A stretch of 20,213 nt of DNA, taken from contig JYFJ02001349.1 of assembly GCA_000934665.2 (NCBI GenBank), positions 62,001 to 82,213 of the forward strand, read 5' to 3'. The notes under the pieces are model-generated. The model saw only the letters and a list, made by a program, of their open reading frames with translations. It made no database searches and was not told where the DNA came from. The DNA comes from Catajapyx aquilonaris (Eukaryota). Positions 10,224 through 19,898 of the stretch are shown piece after piece (position 1 is the stretch's first letter; each line of letters begins with the position of its first letter). A program made the position numbers and the translations under genes.

Positions 10224-10459
10224 TAATTTTAAGATTCTATAACCATAAATTCCTCAGAGAGATCATGTCATCATGAGACATGCGTCAAAATGTCACGAAA
10301 GGTATAAAAATTGTAGAAAATCTAGAGCTTGCTGAGAAAAACTAACATCGGATTTGAATTCAGCACACTCTAATTAAGTAAGAACAAGTGCTGGTATCAA
10401 TACAAAAAAAAAAGAAAAATGTTGTCCGGTGTAATCAATAACGGTGAGTACAGCCTTAC

Positions 10460-10604
10460 CTGCAAGAGGTTCAACTGAAATTCGTCACACAAACAAGACT
10501 TTACATTCCGATTCACCTGCCTCTATTTTTAGTGCATCTTTGAGGCCATTGCCTTGTATAATCTGATTCGTGACTTCATAAATAAGTTAAAGCCATTGAT
10601 AAAC
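10460..10604 (-). pseudogene. Candidate 145-nt exon of a decayed minus-strand gene or lncRNA
   Basis: Acceptor CTCTTTTCAG and donor CAG|GTAAGG. Phase-0 frame reads VYQWL*LIYEVTNQIIQGNGLKDALKIEAGESECKVLFV*RISVEPLA. Stops in all three frames. Confidence 0.5.
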
Positions 10605-10947
10605 CTGAAAAGAGTTTACAATGAAGCTCTTCTAATACTAAAACCTTGCAGGCAGCGAACAATTCAGGAAAAGAACGTCTTCATTTTCGAGAATCTTATG
10701 TTTTATTTGGGAGAACACTTAATAAGAATCTAAAACAACAAGGCATAAGAAATATTGAATACATTCCGCAATGACATCATATCTCACATTTGCCGATGGG
10801 AAAAGCAGTTCCAGTAGGTATTAAATCTAATATTTACAGAACTGCTCTAGGACTGATAAATCCGTGACACGCAATGCGTTCTCTCGGGAATTGTTGATCA
10901 TTTCTTATGCAAATGCAAATTATTGTTTTTTTTTCTGCCTCCTAGTT

Positions 10948-11270
10948 GTTTTTTAGATACCCCGCGCTAGGGCCTTTTGGCTCTCTCAGGGGGGTGGAAA
11001 TACCACCATCGTTTTTGGATATAATATGATATTATTTAATTGTTCCAAAGGTGAGTAGGAGGGGATGTGCAGAGTGCAAGTGAAATGTCGTTGCTTGGTC
11101 ATTTTGCGAACTCCCCCGGGTGGATTAGTCTAGCGGAAATCTCCACCCGAGACGAAGCCAGAGATGGCCCAACTCTGCAGGAGATGAAGGGGGGAACCCC
11201 GGGTTGGGTTCGAACCCGGGACCTTAACATCCGTGGGCGCGTGCGTTACCGCGGCACCACTCCGCCTCCC
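10948..11270 (-). mobile_element. tRNA-derived SINE (SINE-5)
   Basis: Minus strand reads GGGAGGCGGAGTGGTGCCGCGGTAACGC...GGTTCGAACCC. Tail CCCCCTGAGAGAGCCAAAAGGCCCTAGCGCGGGGTATCT(A)n. TSD TCTGCCT(C/T)CTAGTT at 10934-10947 and 11271-11284. Confidence 0.88.
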
Positions 11271-11644
11271 TCTGCCTTCTAGTTTTAAAAGGCGGAATTC
11301 GAAAGTGAGATTTTACCGTTTTGTAAGTTAGTCAGTATATTAAATCCTACAAAGTTTGTCCAGTTATGTTACTTTCAGTATCATCGATCATGCCCTAACC
11401 CCCCTTCAATGAAACGGGCATGGTTTGCAGTAAATAAATTGACTGGTGTGGTGGGAAAAGGTGATAACCCACACAAGTGTATTTTTTTCATCAGAAAGGA
11501 TTTAAGTTTACACTCTCTTCACAACTAGTCAAAAATGACACCTTTCCGCCTTCTTCTTGCGATAAAAAACTACACACTGATGATAGGGAACCAAGTCGCA
11601 TATAACTATGTAACGTAGATTTAAAGAGGCTTTCTAACGATATA

Positions 11645-12215
11645 CAGGGTGTTTCAGAGTCACGGGTCAAGCGCGCGCGAGGGGGTGGGGAAAAATCGTA
11701 GGTGGCGACAACCCCGGTCGGTTTTATAAAACAATTAGAAATACGGCAGTAATCAATTTATTTATTACGGCAGTACGGCGTGACGTCACATCCTTCCTGT
11801 ATTCGAATTGACCGGCGCGGACTGGCAGGCGTACAGTGGGTTGAACCTGGTTGAGAGGCTTTTTAGCATTGCGGGTTGCACTGAAATAGGCGCTCTCCTG
11901 CTATACCGGTGGGGTACTGTACAAAGTAGTGTGTGTACAGTACCCTACTGGTATTATAAGCATGAGAGCGCCTTTTTCAGTGCAACCCGCAAGGCTAAAA
12001 GCCGTTAAACCAGGTTCAACACATGCTGCACTAACCAGTCCGCCCCGGTCAATTCGAATACAGAAAGGATGTGACGCCACGCCGTACGGCCGTAATAAAT
12101 AAATTGATTACTGCCGTATTTCTAATTGTTTTATAAAACCGACCGGAGTAGTCTCCACCTACGATTTTTCCCCACCCCCTCGCCCGCGCTTGACCTGTGA
12201 CTCTGATACACCCTG
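11645..12215. mobile_element. Fold-back (fully palindromic) Tc1/mariner-type MITE
   Basis: TA on both sides. Termini CAGGGTGTTTCAGAGTCAC.../...GTGACTCTGATACACCCTG. Inverted arms of about 280 bp pair up to a short centre near 11922-11935. Confidence 0.92.
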
Positions 12216-13391
12216 TAACTATAACATTAATTTTTGGATCAATTTCCTGGGAGTGTTTTCGAGTCAAATACAGGGGCCTATGTTAAATAAACGGATAGTA
12301 GTAGATCAAAACCAGCATTTCCTATGTAACGGGGCAACATGATTTTTTTCTGACACTTCCCGGACGCCAAAAATCTTGTCTAGTCTAGTCAAATGTAACA
12401 TACTCGGTAACATACGTGTATTATTTCACGTTTGATATAGAAATCTTAATTCTTAAGGCATGAGGCAGGAAGGTTTCTTCTACTGCTGGTGAATAACGCT
12501 CATGATTTTTTTTAAATATTACGATCATCGAATTTATGCAGTCTCTCGCCGAGTCGTGTAGCTCTCATTCTCCTTTGAGTACAACAATTTCAGCCGATTT
12601 CAGCATGTCCCGTTTTCTTCACTCAAATAGGCTTCCATTGCATTGAAAAATATTACAGATAAATACAGTAAATTCAGTTGGTTTAATTTTGCTCAATAAT
12701 ATTACTCCCTAAACAATATATTTCCAGTTATTTGTAGCCCTATGATGATAAATAATAAAACAGGACTTACTATAATAGGTTCCAAATTGCTGTAGCTGTT
12801 TGTAGTGGGGAGCGAGGATAAAAGACATCTCTCTTTCCCAAAATGAATAATTACAGTGCTGATTATTTTCTATAAGCTTAACAATTATTTGTTCAGGTGA
12901 TCATAAAATATAAACAAAAATAGTAGGTGCGTTTGAATTGGTTTGGCAGTAAAAATAATATTCATTTCTTCAATGCTTCAAGACAATAATTCAGTACTGT
13001 GGGTAAATCACTCCAAAATCTTGGCAGCAAAAATGAATGTTCTCCTCCAGGGCGCTTATGGTGATACTTATCATTCCCAACCGTCGGACCTTCCACTCAC
13101 AAATACAGTGAAAGTTAAAAAAATTATGCAGATAGCGGCAATTGGCAGTTGGCCCCTTCGCACAAAGACATAAGTTTCGCAACATTTAGCCGTTGCATCT
13201 TTGTTGGTGTACGGCAAGTTCTTCTTGTCGAAGACTGCTTTTCCCGTGCGAATCTTAAATTATTCTCATTGATCATGAGTCAAGTTTACTTCTCATTTCA
13301 CAGAAAACAATGACTGCAGTATGGCTAAAAAATGCCGTACCTCTAACTTGATGACGCTCAATTATTGACTTTTTCGAGTAGATGGCCTTAC

Positions 13392-14084
13392 CTCCTCAAA
13401 TAAATTGCTCAAATTATTATTCAAATTAGAAGGTTCTGCTGTAGTGACAGAACTGGATGAAACAGGCTCAATTTTCATATATCGGAGGTGTATGACTCAT
13501 AGAAGTGTGTTTGTATTCAAGGCATAAAATGGAGCACATAACATTTCATTGATGTTCACATGCTCAATATTTCTAAGGGAAGTATAACTGTGCAAAGGAC
13601 AATGTCTCCAAATCATAGCAATTGGATAGCGTTAGTAAAGGAAGAGTTTATATTGGATAGCTGGACTTCGTCAATAGAAAATAAGGAACGGACCGAATCA
13701 CAATACGTTTGCTCGTCAAATGGACAGGATGATTTGCTGAAACGTAACGCTGACCGAAACATGTAGGGTTTAAGTCCAGGTATAATAACTGTGGTTGGAA
13801 GACTGCTAAGTTCGCGTGGTCCTCCTGGATTGTATTGTCAATATGATTGTGTTTGAATTAGGGACCCATAAGGGATTCCTCTAATTTCCTCTAATGGGGT
13901 AGCTTCGAAAGAGTTTCTGATCAACAAAATTTTGGGAACTTGGACCACCCAGTTGGATCCTTCTCACCTTAGTTTGCAAATCGTAAATGTGATTTTCTGG
14001 TCAATCTGTCACGCGGTAAATGTTAGAGGCTTAGAAGATATTTTAACAGGCATTTGACAATTTTGACCTCAAAAGGTCGTCTCC
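13392..14084 (-). pseudogene. Candidate 693-nt exon of a decayed minus-strand gene or lncRNA
   Basis: Acceptor TTTTATTTGGAAACAG and donor GAG|GTAAGG. Long low-stop stretches switch frame (...GPRELSSLPTTVIIPGLKPYMFRSALRF...; ...YMKIEPVSSSSVTTAEPSNLNNNLSNLFEE). No recognised homology. Confidence 0.45.
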
Positions 14085-16217
14085 CTGTTTCCAAATAAAA
14101 TATACAGTATAATACAGAATATTGCACAGTAGAAATATCAGCATCTGGAATAACTTAATAGTAGCAACAAAAACAACAAAGTGTCAAGATCAATATATTT
14201 CGGCGTAACATGCCCTCACCTAGACCTGTAATCTTCCTTTGTTACATACGGTACATATTATGCTTTTTCGCACTTGGTGCAATTGCACGTACAGCTACAG
14301 CCGATCAATACGAATAATATAGACCTATATACTGTACAGTTACAGTGTATCTTTTCTTTGTAGGCGTGCATCAGTAAATCATGCTATGCACTGAGTAGTC
14401 CCTCTGAAGTTATTATTAGGTTTTTAGGTAACTATTATTACACACAGTCTACTTTCGATTTTTATTGGGGCACTACGGTAGTGATATTCTCTTATGAAAG
14501 GATGATAGTCGTAAAAGATTTATTTTTCCGTAATACTGTACCCGTACTGTACTCAACTTTGCAGGCAATCTCTTAGGCGGGAAGGTGTAGAATGAAACAC
14601 TTCGTTATTAATTTCCCACGAACCTTCGCTCTCCATGCTTAATTTTGCTTTCCTTTTGATGTTGTTCAGTGCTACATTGTTGAAGTCAATGTATGCAGAA
14701 GCTGGAGCAAGATGAGTGTCCAAGCTACGGCCCAGTTTGGCCGTATCGCTAATAAATTTATGGTGTCTTTGAATTTGATATGAACCTTGGACACAGCGGA
14801 AAGTTGTCTATTGCAGAAATTGTGGACCCGGCAGCATGAAAGGATTTCCTATGGATTTTTTAATGATATAGCCGAACCTGTTTTACGCCTATCTTGGTAT
14901 GGAAAACCCTGTGTATATACAGTACAGCGGAATTAGTACTGCATTAGAACTCACAAATCTGCCGAACCAAGAACGGAGAGAAGCTTGGGATGAAGCATCG
15001 CAAGGGTTTAAGGAACATCGACCTATCAGGTAAAAAGGCGAAGGCGAGTCCCACAAATTCGTCGTTAGAAAGCTTACAGCCTGCGGATTTGTGTTGAAAG
15101 GAGGACCATGACAGAACGAGGAGATACAATTTCGTGAAAAAATGATGCTTTCTCAATGGCCCGTCCTGCATTACATCCGGGTGAAATTAGTCGTTTCTCA
15201 AGGGTTGTTTATGTGCTTGTATGGTATGTCTCCCCATCTCTCAAACACAGCCAGATGTGCAAGATAGGCCACATTTCGTTAGTCACTCCTACATGCAGAT
15301 AAGATGACATGGAGCTGAGAAGGCAAGTTATACGAGTACTAGTTTCAGGAATTAATAATTTCCTGTGGAAGCGATAGGAAATGAAGGCATAAAATGCTGA
15401 GTCTTGATGCAGGCGTATATGGGGAGCTTCTTTTGCAACAGGAGTTCTTGCGAGGAAAAAGAGGCATCTCCATCCGCTTCAGGCTAAAAGGAAAGCACGC
15501 AAAATGCGGATATTCTATCCCGGGCAGAGAACAAACGGAGGGGGAAAAAGGAAGCAGACGAGGATTACGGTAGATAGGAGTCGCCTGCAGGTACGGATAT
15601 AATAAACTTGGCCCCTTTGACTGCCAACAGATTAATCGAGTTGGTGAGTACACACTGCCTGCATCCCGTCAAGGATTGATTGCATCTGATGAATAGAGCC
15701 TACACTACATAGTAATGGGCCTGTTCGTCGTTGCTAGGTCACGACTTCTTGGAAAGAAGGTATAGGTATACAAAGTATATCGAGTAATTCGTACGCAAAG
15801 TATCTCGTTGTACGGTAAGCCAAGAAAGTTTCGGCCAAATGTATCCAGGAGCACCCGCAAACTCGGCAATGTGAAAGTATCGTTTTTCCTGCTGACCTTT
15901 TCCTTGCACGAGTGCTGGCGATTGTATAGCGCCAGACCCTATGTTCGATACTATCTCAGTTCTCCATATTCACATGTGGTGCTCATGTTGGATGTGAATA
16001 TTAGTTATGCCTAAACCCACTGTTAAATTTAAATGTCAGAAGTGAGGGAAAACATTACTTGACAATATTTCCCCGAATTAAAAAAAAGTAGATTTCAATG
16101 TAATTATGGAAATTCAGGAGTTAAGGTAATAACTTATGAGTCTAGTGCGAGAAATCAGTTCGGGGGAAAACCATTGGATATTCATTAAGTTCTTGACCAA
16201 AGTAGGTCTACGGTATA

Positions 16218-16560
16218 CAGTATAACCCCGGTTATCCGTCACCAACGGGACCGGGGCATGGTCGGATAACAGAAAAGGGCGGATAATCCGAGAAGTAAAA
16301 AACTTTAATGAAACACAACAAAAACATATAAAGACAAGAAATAATGTACAATATTATGGTTTCCTAAGAAATAGTGAAGTATTTATCTTTTACTGGCACT
16401 CTACTGTACTGTATTTACTATTTAACTAAGGCAGAACAAACAAATGCGTAGAATATTACAGTAAGTTATTTCAGGAGAAAACAGAATTATTTCCGGAGCG
16501 GGACGGTCGGATAAACCGAGGAATCGGATAATCCAAGGTCGGATAATCGGGGTTCTACTG
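16218..16560. mobile_element. Tigger/pogo-type MITE, family C
   Basis: TA on both sides. TIRs CAGTATAACCCCGGTTATCCG.../...CGGATAATCGGGGTTCTACTG. Repeated subterminal CGGATAA motifs. Confidence 0.9.
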
Positions 16561-16925
16561 TACTTGATACACTATAGGTACGGTATCATAATTTCAATTT
16601 GCTATTTGACAACAAAATTTGTACTGTACGAGTTTTACTATGTATCACATTAATGGCCTTTTCAAAATTATATTTAAAAACATGAAATTAGAAAATAACA
16701 AAAAATCTAAACATCGCTGCAACACCTCTGAGTCCAAACACACTGTAATCCTGTGGTTTTTTTAGTGGTGCCTTGTGGCACTTGTGGCTTTTGTGTGGTC
16801 AGTGAACCACATTTTCCTTGCGTTTTCACTTATTTTCATGAAATTCGGTATATCCGTAGTACCCATGGAAAAATCCTGGTAAAACTGTTTCGCCAGATAA
16901 TAATTATAATTGGTTGTCTACTTAC

Positions 16926-16946
16926 ATGAACCGATAATGTCGCCAT
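16926..16946 (-). other. Candidate first-exon end: AAAATGGCG start/YY1-like motif followed by a consensus donor
   Basis: Minus strand reads AAAAA ATG GCG ACA TTA TCG GTT CAT|GTAAGT (MATLSVH, phase 0). Confidence 0.35.
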
Positions 16947-17545
16947 TTTTTGCAGGACCTGATTTGGATCCCGAAATGACCCTGTAAATCCTGCTGGAAA
17001 TAGGAAAGCGACACATGATTTTAAAATATACGGTATATTTCGATTTTGAATAGTTCTCAAAAATCAACCTCAATATTTATTTCCAAACTCAAGGTTTTGA
17101 AGCTGTTTAATTGGGACACTTTAAATTGTTGTTCATTAGAATTAAAAATGGTATTTAACACCCCCAGAAAGGGTGGACCGACATACAGTTTGGCGACACA
17201 AAAGAGAGGTAAATAACAACATTCCAAAATATTTCTAAGCCTTGAGAATGCTAAATACGAGTATTTTACCCGGCAGGTATTCACGCAATTCGATTGATAT
17301 TTTCTAACGCACTTCTCTTCCTTCTGAAGTAGCCTACCTGTAGTTTTGAAGTTATACATTAATTTGAGTTAGATTTATGAGACTTAAAAGGATGGTCATC
17401 GCACCCTAATATTAGCAGCTAATGCTTCTGATAACCACCAAAAGCAAAAATTAAAAACTACTGCAATAACTTCTTAGAGCCGAAGAATCGCTGTCTCAAT
17501 GGGGCATTTCAGCTGGCACACCACGTATTTTAAAATGTCTGAAAA

Positions 17546-18369
17546 CAAGGGGGTAATCACTCGACTGAAAAGTGTACACTGGAGTACCAAATTCAAGGAA
17601 TACCAGGGAGTAATAAAGAGTGGGGTGTGGGTCATTTCACCGACACCCACCCGGCCGACAAGCCAGTTCACCGACAGACATTTCACCGACATACCCATTC
17701 CACCGACAAGCCATTTCTGCATTTCACCGACAAGAAGGTTCCCCGACAGGGCGTTTCACCGACAGTCATTTGATCGACAAATTTACCCACACAATTCCGA
17801 TATGAAAACCATCCAGTCACTGGAGAGACGGGGTCCAGATCGCACCTCATTTTCGCAGCGCCCCTTATGGAAGGAACCACCTGACAGATGTATCCCATTT
17901 CTATCAAATATAAACGGAGCATACATTTCCAATTACATTGCATGAATGAAATACTTGTAGTCAGACACCCGGACAACAACTGATGCTTACCGGGGAAGCT
18001 GTAGGTGACGACCTGATTCGCTAAAAGATATTCTCGTGGGAAACATGAAAATGAGGTGTGATCTGGACCCCGTCTCTCCAGTGACTGGATGGTTTTCATA
18101 TCGGAATTGTGTGGGTAAATTTGTCGATCAAATGACTGTCGGTGAAACGCCCTGTCGGGGAACTCCTTGTCGGTGAAATGGCTTGTCGGTGGAATGAGTA
18201 TGTCGGTGAAATGGCTTGTCGGTGAAATGGCCTGTCGGTGGAATGGGTATGTCGGTGAAATGTCTGTCGGTGAAATGACCCGCTCCGTAAAGAGTGAGGT
18301 ACCTGAGGAGTACCAGGGAGTACCACTCGCAGTTGTATACACCGGAGTACCGAAGTGATTAGCCCCTTG
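17546..18369. mobile_element. Small hAT-like MITE (about 150 bp of own sequence) interrupted by a MULE
   Basis: TIRs CAAGGGGGTAATCACT/AGTGATTAGCCCCTTG. 8-bp TSD TCTGAAAA (17538-17545) vs TCTGAAAT (18370-18377). Internal repeated GGAGTACC motif on both sides of the nested element. Confidence 0.75.
17623..18287. mobile_element. Non-autonomous Mutator-like element (MULE) with long, tandem-repeat-containing TIRs
   Basis: Perfect 9-bp TSD TAAAGAGTG at 17614-17622 and 18288-18296. Inverted arms of about 230-240 bp (17623-17854 and 18047-18287) whose outer parts are arrays of CATTTCACCGACA-type units. Confidence 0.88.
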
Positions 18370-19709
18370 TCTGAAATTGCCCCTTATAACGGTAACCGCC
18401 ACCCGATCGGCAAAGGACGGACCTCGAGGAGCTTCTTTCCATGCCAATTTTTGAGTGTTTGGGTTTTTCCATATAAGGACAAACACTCAGACAACAGACC
18501 GGAATCTCACTGTGAAGTCCGTTGTGATGTCATACAATCCGAGTGACCTGAGAAGCAGGGCTAAGCACAGTAAATGAAATGTGGTAATGCAACGTAACAT
18601 GCGACTGCAAACTGTCTCCAGCAGGCATGATGGGAGCCATGTTGAATTATTACTGGCAGCCACCAAATCACGAGAAATTGGCTGAGTAACGACTAACCAG
18701 TAACTAATAACGTATAATATTAACGACTCCTGCGTAGTAGCAACAGCAGTAATAACGGTTCCTCACTAATAACGCATAAGCCCATCACTCTCATGAAGGT
18801 GGAAAATTATCCATAAAAGGGATGGGAGGGAGGGTAGGAGTGGAGAGGAATACTCTCGCCACGTTATTTCTACTGCAGGATCCGCGAATATGATTTACAC
18901 CGACATAAAAGCAGCTACTGATCATAGAACCAATTAATAACAAGCTAATATGTTGTAGTGTTGCACATTGATGTGCAATACTTTGGTCTGCCCGGTCATA
19001 GTCACTCACTCTATATGCCCGAATATACTGCCCACAAATCATCACCGTCACAGCCAAATTGACTGCTGCTTAAAGTGCTGCGTAATACCGGGTGATAAAT
19101 CTAGTCTTCCACAGGGAAAAGGGTGATATTATTTTTCACCGCTCATTTCTCATTCAAAATTATGTTAACATGAACTACATTATTTGTTCATGCAGAGGAA
19201 ATGGGATGCTCTTGTAATGCCTAATATTTAGAAAACGCTGTTAGTATTAGAATATTGCCACCGGTTTTTGCTAACCGGTTACATCGCTGCGGACAGGGGA
19301 ATCTGCATTATACTGTTCATGCCGCCCCTATTTGTATTCGGCTCTTCCGTGATGCTTCTGCTTTCCAAACTATGCTAATGCACTGGTGAACATGCATATT
19401 TTACATCTGGGCTTGCTCTCTTATTCTTTGCTACTTGTACAGGAAGTTAGCTGAGCTAACTACCTGTACAGCAGCTCATACAGTAGCCTACACACTGCAT
19501 GTTCCCGTAGAAATGTTTATTAAAAGTACGTGTTTCTAATGTCAGCTCAAATCCGTGTGGGTGGAAATCTTGCGGACCATTAAGCAAACAAAGGTGAGGA
19601 GTTGTACTATACAGTGTGTTTTTAATTAAATCTGTAAAGTGTTTATCATCAGCAGTAAGTTATTACTTTAGAACAGACGCTTCTAGCAGTTATCATATTA
19701 CAATATTAC

Positions 19710-19898
19710 CTGCTAATATTAGGTTTAATGCCAGCATTAATTCTTGCCCGAGTGTAAGCCATTGCGAGTGACCCTTACTGATCCACTGGCATCTGAGGTC
19801 AAATGTTGGATTCCTTACACCCTTCACTATTAATATTAGAAAGATAGCCCTACTCAATGTAATACTAGCAACTAATATTTTAAACAATCCATAAAACT
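19710..19898 (-). other. Candidate 189-nt exon
   Basis: Acceptor CTTACTTTGAAACAG with an upstream CACTAAT branch-like site, and donor CAG|GTAATA. One frame is open throughout (FYGLFKILVASITLSRAIFL...NLILA). No homology recognised. Confidence 0.35.

Larger units (their letters stand above)
8278..10431 (+). mobile_element. Chapaev3-like (CMC superfamily) DNA transposon, internally deleted and decayed
   Basis: Termini CACTGGCCAACA.../...TGTTGTCCGGTG. 3-bp TSD TAA at 8275-8277 and 10432-10434 (TWA is typical of Chapaev3). Subterminal GCTGATTTCAAATCTGA and TCGGATTTGAATTCAGC are inverted matches. Transposase remnants inside. Confidence 0.85.

Noticed and set aside
1323..11270. tRNA genes suggested by A/B boxes at five loci
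   Set aside because: Each continues into a core, LINE-like tail, A-rich end and TSD, so they are SINE heads rather than tRNA genes.
17633..18280. CRISPR-like appearance of the CATTTCACCGACA repeat arrays
   Set aside because: Units are about 13-20 bp without unique spacers, form inverted arms of an element with a 9-bp TSD, and there are no cas genes in this eukaryotic context.
17499..18486. 267-aa and 148-aa ORFs
   Set aside because: They are translations of MULE tandem repeats and inverted arms, with the same peptide on both strands.
18625..18790. Possible decayed hAT-like MITE (TGATGGG...CCCATCA with TAATAACG repeats)
   Set aside because: Only a 7-bp inverted match and no TSD, too weak to call.
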